Notes under the pieces: generated by a model
The model's input: only the letters and a program-made list of their open reading frames with translations
The model's database searches: none
What the model was told of the DNA's origin: nothing
Assembly (NCBI GenBank): GCA_951406725.2
Contig: OX597814.1
Coordinates: 177,568,001-177,632,000 of the forward strand
Length of the DNA: 64,000 bases
Reading direction: 5' to 3'
Origin: Octopus vulgaris
Lineage: Eukaryota
Shown here: positions 14,429 through 26,214 of the stretch, in pieces
Numbering within the stretch: position 1 is the first letter of the stretch
Layout: each line of letters opens with the position of its first letter
Position numbers and translations under genes: made by a program

Positions 14429-14499
14429 CCTGACGGACCGTTTCATGTCTTGTTGAAAGCTCGACAGAGAAAGCGCACTGTTTCCTTCATCAGTCAAGA
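14429..14499 (-). ncRNA. Candidate hammerhead-like motif with long, branched helix II region
   Basis: CUUGA-CUGAUGA-A-(43 nt containing GGAAA/UUUCU and UGUC/GACA stems)-GAAA-CGG-UC-CGUCAGG. Confidence 0.4.
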
Positions 14500-14532
14500 G
14501 CACAGAACATTATTCTTCGATATAAGATATAA

Positions 14533-14675
14533 GAGGTCGACTTTGCCTTTCATCCTTTCGGGGTCGATAAATTAAGTACCAGTTACACACTGGGTCGATG
14601 TAATCGACTTAATACCTATGTCTGTCCTTGTTTGTCCCCTCTATGTTTAGCCCCTTGTGGGTAATAAAGAAATAG
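14533..14675 (+). mobile_element. Nin-domain-type SINE, 3' portion
   Basis: gaggtcgactttgcctttcatcctttcggggtcgataaattaagtacc...gccccttgtgggtaataaagaaatag. Confidence 0.8.
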
Positions 14676-14790
14676 ATATAAGTAGTCAGAACTTTGATTA
14701 TTCTCAAGTTGGTTCAATTTCTTTGTCAAACTTTCCTTTTAAAAATGTATCCCATATACTACTTAAATACATTGAATAATCCTTAATAAG

Positions 14791-15072
14791 TGGAGGCAAA
14801 ATGGCCCAGTCGGAGGATCGCAGTTTTGATTCCCAGAACGGGCGTTGTGTGTGTTTATGAGCGAAAACACCTAAAAGCCCCACGAGGCTCCGGCAGGGGC
14901 TGGTGGCGACCTCAGTTGTACTATTTCGCCACAACTTTCTCTCACTCTCTCTTCCTGTTTCTTGAGTAACGCTGCGATGGACTGGTGTCTCGTACAGCTG
15001 GGGGAACAACGACGCCACAGAAACCGGGAAACCAGGCCCATGAGCCTGGCTAGGCTTGAAAAGGGCAACGAA
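14791..15072 (+). mobile_element. tRNA-SINE with Meta/V-like core
   Basis: ctgcgatggactgg...gaaaccgggaaacc...ggctaggcttgaaaaggg; 12-bp TSD aatccttaataa at 14778-14789 and 15073-15084. Confidence 0.8.
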
Positions 15073-15456
15073 AATCCTTAATAAAGCATTTATGTATGTG
15101 AGTGCGTGTGTATTTGTGTGCTTTTATATTGAATATCCAGAGTTTCTCAGGCTGCAATACATTGAAAATACTGATCTCGAAATATCGACGAAGCTAATCA
15201 GCGTCGAGCGTACACACTCCGTAGATGGATAATTGCTTGAAAACCTTGGTCAAGAAGTATTTTCAATTCCGCATAGTAGATTTAATCTGTTGCACCGTTT
15301 AACATGTCCTAGCAATACTTTAGTGAATTTAAATGATACCATTATTTCGCAAATATTCTGGACAACTTTTGAGTCATTGAATAATTAACGAGGAGTCGCA
15401 CTAACTTTACTCGTTGACTAAACAGGTATACATACATACATACATACATACATACA

Positions 15457-15488
<32 letters not shown>

Positions 15489-15496
15489 GATATATA

Positions 15497-15700
15497 GTTA
15501 ATCCGAACATGAACAAAGAGAAAACACAACAACGCGAGGACGTGGAACAAGTATAGTGTTATTGGACGCTCAGGAAAGGAAAGAAAGAAGGAGGATTTAA
15601 TGTTTCGAGCGGAGCTCTTCGTCAGAAACGTAGAAAAAGGAAAGGCCTAAGGAAGGGAAGATGGAGAAAGAAAATCGCCAACGATACACACGCGGTCACA
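15497..15700 (-). mobile_element. PLE pseudo-LTR-like short repeat (family B) with hammerhead at 15595-15629
   Basis: GUUU-CUGACGA-A-GAGC-ucc-GCUC-GAAA-CA-UU-AAAU; homologous to 41727-41910; sits in AT/ATAC microsatellite. Confidence 0.75.
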
Positions 15701-15724
15701 TATATAGGCAATATTAAATCTCTG

Positions 15725-16134
15725 AGCGAGAAGCAAACAGTAGCAGTACGGAAAAATAAAATATAATTGCCAACTAAATGTGGCGGTTTCATAGAGAACG
15801 ATGCTAATGCTGTTTTTAGCTTTAGGAGGACATCTCCTCCAGCTGGCTAACGACACACTGTGTCCGATTAGTATTAGCGAGGGAAAATCATCGTTCTCAT
15901 GTCTAGCCTTACATGATGCACACAGACCCGTGCGAGATGTAAACAGTAGCAGTGCGGAATCGTAAAATATAATTGCCAACTAAATGTGGCGCTCCCATAG
16001 CGGACGATGCTACTGTTGTTTTTTAGCCCTAAGAGGACATCTCCTCCAGCTGGCTAATGACACACTGTCTCTGTCCTATTAGTATTGTGTCGTTAGCCAG
16101 CTGGAGATGTCCTCCTGGGGCTAAAAACAACAGT
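15725..16134. repeat. 206-bp-period tandem repeat followed by an inverted partial copy
   Basis: aaacagtagcagt...caactaaatgtggcg...gaggacatctcctccagctggctaa starts at 15735 and at 15941; 16086-16134 is the reverse complement of part of the unit. Confidence 0.8.
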
Positions 16135-16961
16135 GTGCTTTTTCGTGTGTGTAAATTTATTTGTATTTACACCATGCTTCGGAAACCGAGCCAATTTTTC
16201 ATGCGCCACTTTGTTTTATATATTCTCGTACATGTTCATACATTCATCACGGAGATTTCGCACATCATATTGACACTCTATCATACACAAACATACACAA
16301 ACAAGCACAAATTAAGGCACTCACATATGTTGACTTTCAAAGGCACAATCGTATGAATTCACACATAGAAATACACATCGGGGTAGTTATATAAACGTAC
16401 ACAAAATGATAGGAAGAACAAATAAATTTCTATCTTGTTTATATATAGAGACGCTTCATGCTAAATCAACATAATTTTTCTTTAACGGTGTATAATATTG
16501 AAGAAATTCATGGCGAAGGACATAATGAATTAAAATTAATTTCAATGAGTTCTTTGAAGTCGCAAAGTAGCATTCTCTCTAGTGAGTTAAGCATAATTAT
16601 TACAATATACATGCCAATAGCGCGTTGCTTGTGCGTATATAAGTATTCGGACATACACGTAAACACACACACACACACACACATACATATATACATACAT
16701 ACCTACATACATACATACATACATACATACATACACACATACGTCTATAGGTGTTTATATATATATATCATTAAGCAACCCGAAAAAACGAACAAAAAAC
16801 AGCAATGCGTGGACGTGGTATATATATATGTATATATATATATGTGTGTGTGTGTGTGTATTTATACGCATATATATGTGCTCAAATATACATATATATA
16901 CGCACATATATATATATATATATATGCATGTATACATTCAACCATCCACGCTCTCATATAT

Positions 16962-16994
<33 letters not shown>

Positions 16995-17018
16995 TACATA
17001 TGTATGTATATACATATG

Positions 17019-17074
<56 letters not shown>

Positions 17075-17800
17075 TTATGATATTGGAAAAACAAACAAAA
17101 TTGAATTAAAATAATTTATTAAACAAACAAAATAAAATATTGCAATGAAAAATAATGTTCACTCACAAGACAAAAGCTAAAAAAGACAAAAAAAAAAACA
17201 AACAAAACAAAAATATACCATGGATAAAAATAAAATTAAAATATAAATATTAAATACTAGAAATAAAAAAAAAATACATATGAAAAAAGCGAGAACCTGA
17301 AATACATCACGACAGCAATAAAAATCAAGTTTGCAACAATTTATAAAATCATAAAATTTAATAATTATTAACGTTTGCACTAGAGAGATGAGAGAAACTA
17401 GTAAAGGCGAAAGCTATTTTTTTGTGTTGCAAAATATAATGTGGAGATGAAAGTGATATCAACAGAGCGCATCGTGTTTTCGTTTAAATACTTTAGTTAT
17501 TATAAAAATTTATAAAATGCATAAATTGCAACGTGTGTTCGTTGTTGTGGAAATGCTGATGTTATATTTCTTCTTGCGTAGGTAGAATTTCTTTTTCTCC
17601 GAGAGATTAAATAAAAAATAGCAAGACATAAACACAACGATAATAACAGCAACAACAATATATATAATTTATTTCATATATCAAGAAACACACAGAGACG
17701 TAGACAGATACAGAGACACATCCACTCGCACATAACTTAAAGTTGTCAATACCAAATACATTAGAGTAGCCAATACATACTGTACGCTGAAATACATAGA

Positions 17801-17899
17801 TACATTATTTACATTTGACGGATATTTGACCTCATCTTGTTTGTTGGGGAAATTTCGAACCTGGATTCTCATTCCTAATGTATTTTTCGATGTTGTTGC

Positions 17900-17965
<66 letters not shown>

Positions 17966-18124
17966 CATTATTATTATTATTCAGGTCACTGTCTGGAACC
18001 GAAATCGGAATCTTGGGGTTAGTAGCCCACGCTCTTAACCACTACGCCATATGCCCGTGGCGTAGTGGTTAAGAGCGGGGGATACTACCCCAAGATTTCG
18101 AGTTCGATTCCAGACAGTGACCTC

Positions 18125-18199
<75 letters not shown>

Positions 18200-18378
18200 T
18201 AACATCGAAAACTACCTTGGGAATGAGAACCCAGGTTCGAAATTTCCCCAAGACACCTGATGAAGGCTGGAGGGTATATCAGCCGAAATGTTGTGTTAAC
18301 AACAAACAAGATGAGGACAAATATCCGTCAAATGTAAATATTGTACATAATTCCTCATCTCTTAAATATAGAACTGTA
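17801..18378. mobile_element. Head-to-head inverted pair of a tRNA-headed, hammerhead-tailed SINE (family C)
   Basis: Right arm (+): A box TGGCGTAGTGG 18058-18068, B box GTTCGATTC 18102-18110, (AAT)n, HHR, 3' hairpin. Left arm is the reverse complement. 8-nt spacer at 18050-18057. Confidence 0.85.
18253..18296 (+). ncRNA. Minimal type-I hammerhead ribozyme (canonical C3-G8 core)
   Basis: ACAC-CUGAUGA-A-GGCUG-gaggguauau-CAGCC-GAAA-UG-UU-GUGU. Confidence 0.8.
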
Positions 18379-18479
18379 TTACTTGGATACACACACACAC
18401 ACACACACACATACACACACATATATGCGTGTATGAATGTATGCGTATGTGATATTATGACGATTTAAAATAAGCGTCT

Positions 18480-19100
18480 TAACTGAATTCTATTGCGGTC
18501 ATTTGAGTTCGTTTGTGAGTATCCTAAAACCTCCTTCTTCCCAATTACATCCACCTCACCATAACCTCGAAACTTTCAGTAATGTTCACAGCAGCAGCTG
18601 AAGGATTTCAGAACGCCTGGTATCCAGCTGTTCATTCTATCAGGAGTCTGGAGCACTCGGGTTTTCTGAACTAAAATACCACTTTCTGAACTAAATGACC
18701 ACATCCCAGCAACCACACCAGCGCACACACTAGCACTGACCACTTCCCAGCACCCATACCATCATCTACACACTTACAACGTCAAGGTCACCAGCTCCCT
18801 TCCACACGCACATACATGCTCTCATGCACGCATGCGCACCTTCGTTTTGGGATCACCACTATTTTATTATCTCACCTTCTTCCTAACCCTCTTGTGTGAC
18901 CCCTCAGGTCCGCATTCGTCATGATCGATCGTTAGCCACTAAACCTTTTTTATTTTCTCTCCCTGTGTCTTCTGTGATCCTTTCTGTCGAAGAGCGTAGG
19001 CTCGAAACGTAAAAGACTTTCCCATTTCCCAAGTGTTAAACTAATACATTTGCTTGTTGTTTTCACACCCGTCGTCATGTTGATTTTATTGCAAATTCTT
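18480..19100 (+). mobile_element. PLE-like 3' fragment: coding remnant, CA-rich tract and family-B hammerhead (18980-19015)
   Basis: Ends ...MFTAAAEGFQNAWYPAVHSIRSLEHSGFLN*; HHR-like CUUU-CUGUCGA-A-GAGC-guag-GCUC-GAAA-CG-UA-AAAG. Confidence 0.6.
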
Positions 19101-19147
19101 ACTACATATATGTATTTGTATGTATATATATGCATATATTATATTAT

Positions 19148-19700
19148 GTCAGGTCACTTTCGAGTGCTACTGGTAACATGTAACCCAGTACTACCTGTTG
19201 CATGGTCGGGTCGTCGGCGACTAAACCGGCAACCCCACCAAGCTCGCTTGGTGAGGAGGGTGTTTATTGGTCACCCTGCGGGATGAAAAACAAAACCCGT
19301 CAAAGGGCAGAGGAACTCTTGAGAGTCAACGGCCATCCAATAAATGTCTTAAAGATGTATCATGCGCGGGGACATAGAAATAGTCGGATTGAATACCCGA
19401 TCGCGCAGTTAAACCATTGGGAGTGAAGGACTCCTAGCCTTTGTCAGGGCATCCTTCTAGGAGAAGGCAACTCAGGGAACTGGGATAACTCCGACATAAA
19501 ACCTGCGGCTCAGTGGTTACCGATAATGTTGACTTGTTCTTATTTTCGGATTATGGCTGCTGTTGCTTACTGAGTGGAATTGACTCAGTGCACAGCCTTT
19601 CCTCACTTAAAAAAATATCTTGTTGCACAGGAATTGCACGATAACAACATTGATTAAACTTCGTGCAATGGCCATACTCGATAACGAGGGGGCAGCCACC
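19148..19700 (+). mobile_element. Non-coding ~550-bp retro-insertion, probably RTE-derived non-autonomous
   Basis: RTE-5'UTR-like motif gggcatccttctaggagaaggcaactc...aaacc; GC-richer than flanks; bounded on both sides by atattatattat (tail/TSD). Confidence 0.5.
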
Positions 19701-19899
19701 ATATTATATTATATTATACACACACACACATATATATATATGTAAATAATATATATATATGTGTGTGTGTATACAAATATATATGTGTGCGTGCATATAT
19801 ATATGTGTGTGTGTATGTATGTATATACATATATATGCATACTCCTACCTTAATGCAATTGTATTCATATAATATTTAATAGTAAAATTATCGGTGGTT

Positions 19900-20290
19900 T
19901 AAATGGGTGAATATTGACATTCCTGAAAATGGGCCTATAAAACGATAATCCTTTTCTATTTTCTGGATACTTTCGATCCCAGTGCAACGGACGACTGATG
20001 GAATGAACAGCAAGATACCAGGTTTCCTGAAATCCTTCAGCCGCGGCTGTGAACAAGAGAGGTGGTAACAGTAATACATATAGTAAATCCAAACAAAAGA
20101 AGAACAAACACACACAAAAAAAAAAAAAACAACGCGAGACTGTGGTACATGTAAAGAATTAGCAGACGCCCAGGGAAATAAAGAAAGATAGTTTAGCATT
20201 TCGAGCAGCGCTCTTCTTCAAAACGAAGACAGGCCAATAGAAAGAAAGACGGATGGAGGAAATCGCCAATGATTCACATTTGCTTACCTC
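19900..20290 (-). mobile_element. Family-B PLE-like fragment with degenerate hammerhead (20191-20224)
   Basis: GUUU-UGAAGA-A-GAGC-gcu-GCUC-GAAA-UG-CU-AAAC; 19995-20055 is homologous to 18583-18643. Confidence 0.55.
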
Positions 20291-20291
20291 G

Positions 20292-20329
<38 letters not shown>

Positions 20330-20330
20330 C

Positions 20331-20416
<86 letters not shown>

Positions 20417-20764
20417 TCACAGTGTTTATAAATATGTATTACATTTATATATATATATGTATATATATATATGCAGATTTGATGTTATATGAAAATACTG
20501 GTCTGCACACTGGCGTACAGGTAACTGTTATATATTTAATGTATAATTGACCAAAGTCAAAATTTTACATACGTAACTGAAGCTTGTGTAACCGTACATA
20601 TGAGCATCCGTAAACAGAGACATACACACGCATACTTACACATAGACACATATTTACAGACAGAGATAGACACACACACACACACTTAGAAATTATCATG
20701 CTTAACGCATGGGTCGACATGAGGCTGTTATAAAAGTAAATTGCTCAATAGACTGTGCATATGT

Positions 20765-20830
<66 letters not shown>

Positions 20831-20832
<2 letters not shown>

Positions 20833-21179
20833 CAGGAGTGGCTGTGTGGTAAGTAGCTTGTTTAGCAACCACATGGTTCCGGGTTCAGTCCCACTTCGTG
20901 GTACCTTGGGCAAGTGTCTTCTACCATAGCCTCGGGCCGAAACTGAAAGAAGCCCGTCGTGTGTATGCGTGTGTGTGTTTGTGTGTCTGTGTTTGACCCC
21001 TAGCATTGCTTGACAACCGATGCTGGTGTGTTTATGTCCCCGTCACTTAGCGTTTCGGCAAAAGAGACCGATAGAATAAGTACTGGGCTTACAAAAGAAT
21101 AAGTCCCGGGGTCGAGTTACTCGACTAAAGGCGGTGCTCCAGCATGGCCGCAGTCAAATGACTGAAACAAGTAAAAAAA
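20831..21179 (+). mobile_element. Abundant octopus tRNA-SINE (OK-like), internally deleted
   Basis: cgcaggagtggctgtgtggtaag...ggttcagtccc...gcatggccgcagtcaaatgactgaaacaagtaaaa. Confidence 0.9.
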
Positions 21180-21197
21180 TATATATATGTATGTATG

Positions 21198-21253
<56 letters not shown>

Positions 21254-21284
21254 CTTCTTCGATGTGCGCATGCGTATGTTTGCA

Positions 21285-22600
21285 TACATACCCACACACT
21301 CGCATGCATCCCTACCCACATACATACACGCACACCTACTCACACACACACATACACACACACACATACCCGCACACACACACACATACATACATACACA
21401 CACATACACTTCAGACATACACACACACAGACATACACCCATACACACACTCACACGCACACACACACACATACACACACACACGTACACATACACACAC
21501 ACACACACCTACACAGCCATACCCTCACTCAGACACACACATCTACCTACACACACACAAACACACACTGACACACACCCATACATACATACATCTACAC
21601 ACTCACGCCTACACACATACATACACACATACATAAACACACACACATACACATACACACACATACGCACACACGCATATACTTATACACATGCACACAC
21701 ACACACATACATACATACACCCATATACATACACACACACATACCTACATACCTATACGCACATACATACACACAGACATACACACATACACACTCACAC
21801 AAACATACACACACATACTTACACACACACTCACCTGCACGCGCACACACATGCATACAAACACCCATACACTCACACTCACATACGCACACACCAACAT
21901 AAACACGCACACGCACACACACACCTACACTCCCACACACACCTACACTCCCACACACACAAACACACGCACCTACATACACACACGCACGCATACACAC
22001 GCATACACACATACATTACACACGTACACACACACCTACATACACATGCATACACACACACACACAAACATGCACGGACACACCCAGACATACATACATA
22101 CACCTATATACACACGCCCACACACCTACATACACACACATATACACACGCCCACACAGCTACATACACACATACATACACACATACACGGACACACCCA
22201 CACATACTTACATACATACACCTATACACACGCCTACACACCTACACACACACATGCATACACACACACATGTACGCACATACACACACATATACGCACA
22301 CACATATACCCACACACATGCACACACACACACATACGCACATACATGCACGCATGCACACGCGCACACCTACACGCATACACACACACACACGCACGTA
22401 CACATACATACATACACACACGCATACATACACCCATACACATACATGCATGTTCGCGCACACATATATACACACATACTCACATACATTCATCGGACAC
22501 ACTGCCACCCAGACATACACACAGACACACTACACATCCACACACACACATACGTACGCGCACACTCGCAGGCGCGCGCACACACACGCTTGCGCCGGTT
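21285..22600. repeat. ~1.3-kb degenerate (CA)-rich cryptic simple repeat
   Basis: Imperfect CA/CATA/CACG array; produces the spurious HT-rich ORFs. Confidence 0.95.
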
Positions 22601-23370
22601 CGCGCACGCATGCGCGTCGCATGCACCTCGCCCTTGGATCCCGCCCGTTCCTGGGATGTCGCTTGTCGTTGGGTTTTCCCACGCCGTACCACTATCTTCC
22701 TCCGCGGAGTCCTTTCCTAAACCCCCTACACACACGCGCACACATATACACACATTGCTTAAACATATATTATCTTACACACATTCAATCTACTCGACAC
22801 TAATACTACCACGACACTGGACACACACACACACTACTATCAACACACGCTGGCACGCTACATACGCCCCCACCCTTCCCCTCCCTCCCTTCCTCCTTCC
22901 TCCCTTTTCCTACTACTGACCTTTGTCTGCCATGCTGCTGCTATGCTGACCACCGTCTCACCCTACCTCACACGCCTACACACAGACGCACACACTAACA
23001 CATACATATATTTTTTGTTTTTTTATCTCGCCTCACACACACACATACACACACGCACACGCACACACTCACACATACACACACATCTGTTGCGTTACCA
23101 ACCTTGTCTCCACTCTTTTGCCTTTAAAACCCACTTTGCTCTTGTTATCGTAAACATCCGCCTTTCACCATGTGTAACTCCTAACACCAGCCGTTTTTTT
23201 CTTATCTCCGTTGCCCGCTCCGGGATCTTCTTCCTCTCTTCCTTCTTTATGTTTCCGACGAAGAGCTCCGCTCGAAACGTCATACCTCCCTGCTTCCATT
23301 TCCGAGCGCCATTAATAATGTAATTGTTCCATTGTTGTTGTTTTTTTGTTTCCGTTTGATTAAAATTATA
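22600..23370 (+). mobile_element. Family-B PLE-like 3' region with hammerhead at 23251-23285
   Basis: GUUU-CCGACGA-A-GAGC-ucc-GCUC-GAAA-CG-UC-AUAC (U4C variant); flanks resemble the 15497 and 41727 copies. Confidence 0.65.
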
Positions 23371-23406
23371 TATATATATATATATATATATTGTGTGTGT
23401 GTGTGT

Positions 23407-23650
23407 GGAGGTACGTGGTTTGGTGGTTAGGGTGTCAGCATCGTGATCGGAAAATTGTAGTTTCGATTCCTGGACCGGGCGACGCGTTGTGTCCTTGAGC
23501 AAAACACTTCATTTCACGTTTCTCCATCCACATAGCTGGCAAAAATGAGTAACTCTGCGATGGACTGGCGTCCCGTCCAGCAGGGAAACACATACGCCAT
23601 AGAAACCGGGAAACCGGGCCCATGAGACTGGCTAGGCTTTAAAAGGGCGC
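23407..23650 (+). mobile_element. tRNA-SINE with CORE/Meta-like domain
   Basis: tggtttggtggttaggg...gtttcgattcctgg...gtgtccttgagcaaaacact...ctgcgatggactggcgtcccgtccag. Confidence 0.85.
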
Positions 23651-23724
23651 ATTTATTTTTTATATACATATATGTATATATACATATATATATATGTATA
23701 TATATATATATGTATATATATATG

Positions 23725-23957
23725 TGTGTGTGTGTTTGTGTGTCTGTGTTGGTTCCCCTAGCATTGCTTGACAACCGATGCTGGTGTGTTTATGTCCCCG
23801 TTACTTAGCGGTTCGGCAAAAGAGACCGATAGGATAAGTACTGGGCTTACAAAAAGAATAAGTTCCGGGGTCGAGTTGCTCGATTAAAGGCGGTGCTCCA
23901 GCATGGCCGCAGTCAAATGACTGAAACAAGTAAAAGAGAGTAAAAGAGTAAAGAGTA
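23725..23957 (+). mobile_element. OK-like SINE, 3' half
   Basis: Matches the 3' half of the 29791 copy; gtaaaaga tail. Confidence 0.88.
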
Positions 23958-23975
23958 TATATGTAAATATATGTA

Positions 23976-24071
<96 letters not shown>

Positions 24072-24073
<2 letters not shown>

Positions 24074-24422
24074 ACTTAACTTAGAATAACTTAGAAAGGT
24101 TTTTGGCCAGTATTGGCCCAGGCCATGTCTAACTTAATAGCACCACCTGGCGAAGTCTTTCAGTTCAGGATTTGGGCACCAAGGCCCATTCGAGCAGAGA
24201 GTTATTGTTTGCGGAGACATATCCGGGTGTGGATGGTTTGTCCGGTACTGTTTGAAGGAATTTGTCCAAAGACTTCTTGAATTTTGTGTGGTCAGTTTCT
24301 TTTTTGACGTGCCCTGGTGTAATGTTGAAGAGAGCGGGTCCAATTGAGGTGAAATAGTTGTGCCGTATTGTCGTTATGTGATGCGATTTAGATTTTTGTT
24401 GTGGACGGATGGCACGTGGTCC
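24072..24422 (-). mobile_element. CR1/Jockey-group LINE 3' end inserted in (AT)n
   Basis: Intact C-terminus GPRAIRP...[18 protein letters not shown]...[16 protein letters not shown]...ANNNSLLEW*, short 3'UTR and taagtta tail repeats. Confidence 0.85.
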
Positions 24423-24467
24423 ATATATATATATGTATATATACATGTATATATATATATGTATATA

Positions 24468-24506
<39 letters not shown>

Positions 24507-24510
24507 ATAT

Positions 24511-24579
<69 letters not shown>

Positions 24580-24596
24580 TATACATGTATATATAT

Positions 24597-24648
<52 letters not shown>

Positions 24649-24744
24649 TATATATATATATATATATATATACATCTATATATATATATATATATATATA
24701 GTTATACGTTCTTGTCCATATATATTTTTATATATATTAATATA

Positions 24745-24785
<41 letters not shown>

Positions 24786-25428
24786 TTATAAGAACTTTTT
24801 GCGCAATGAGATAAAAAAACAATGCTGTATATACACATATACATATAGACATACATACATACATACATATACTGAAAGCCAGGTAGTTTTTGGTACGGAA
24901 ACTTCAAAAGAACAATTGTTTCTATAGAGTATGAGTTATTTTTACGTGTACCTGATTTCTATTTTACTTCACGACAGCTTTGAACCAACTTATCTAATTT
25001 TAGTAAAGAAAGAAAATATAACATCTTGAACTGAATTTCTTCTGCATAATTTAAGTTGCTTTTCTTTGCAGTTCTTAAAAGAATACGCTAATTATAGTGT
25101 GCATAGCCAAGGGAAAATAAATGAAATATTGGCGTTTTTATAATTATAAGATGAACCTATATTGAAAATAGATATTATTCTGTTGTACGACATTTCTGGC
25201 AAAACGTACGCGTTACTCCCAGGCGTTCTACTTCGACCTTACAACCTAAAAACAATGTTTTTCTTTCTGTCAAAATTAAAGGTGTGATATATCGTGCGTC
25301 GTTCTTACTGATCGATACTACTGAAATAACCAGGAGATTTGTTTTAAGGTAGTTTTATACATTCTAAACATTAAGCAAAAAAGCAAAACAACATACAGTA
25401 CACACACACACACAGAAATATCTATATA

Positions 25429-25943
25429 CCGTAAATCCTCGAGTATGATCCGCATTTTTTTCCCAAAATTTAAGGGGTCAAAATCCTTAGTGCGTACTAT
25501 ATACGAGGTTAAAAATGAAAATTATTTTCTAAGCAATGTCCGAGTCTCTATTTGCTGTCTGGCTGTTTATTCAGACGTATTTTGTGATGTCGGGCGCGAA
25601 AATACCTTAAGCTAAGCCTGAAACCAATGAAGTCATAAAAGAATAATCCATAACTTGCAGTAAGCAACATTTATTAAACGTTGTTACTGTTATTTCTTTA
25701 TTTTCTGCAAACAAAATGCACAAAAAAGCTACACGTTTGCATTATGTTATATATACAATAATAATAAAGGACGTTACCGTATACAGTTTTACAAACCAAG
25801 GACGTTATATAGACCTCCTTGACTCAAGTTAGAGAAGGGGTGCGTATTATAAACAAGATTTAGGTTTTTCAGAGGTACAGCCTCCCCCCCCCCAATCCCC
25901 TGCGTATTATACTCAAGGGCGGACTATACTCGAGGATTTGCAA
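25429..25943. mobile_element. Tc1/mariner-pogo-type MITE
   Basis: TIRs ccgtaaatcctcgagtat / atactcgaggatttgcaa, TA on both sides, subterminal tgcgta(c/t)tata repeats. Confidence 0.75.
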
Positions 25944-26214
25944 TATTGTTATACTTGGAACGGACATTTTGGCAATAAACATATACACCATTTCATGAAA
26001 ATGGTCCTACAAGTAGTTTCTGAATAATCAGTCCACTTACATCACTTGAGCTTACCAAGGGAACGAACCCAGGACCCTATGACCAAGAATCATACTTGTT
26101 AACCCACTTAGTATGCCGACATGCTTTCAGAAATATGTTAATCAAATTGGTTTTTGCGTATATATTAGAAGTTTATTTAGTTACCTTGCATCATTTAGTT
26201 CATCATTAAGTGTA

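Noticed and set aside
18058-18122. tRNA gene
   Set aside because: A/B boxes and an anticodon-like arm are present but there is no proper acceptor stem; it is a SINE head.
21134-22919. His/Thr-rich ORFs up to 370 aa
   Set aside because: Open in several frames on both strands because of the CA-rich repeat; no splice or codon evidence.
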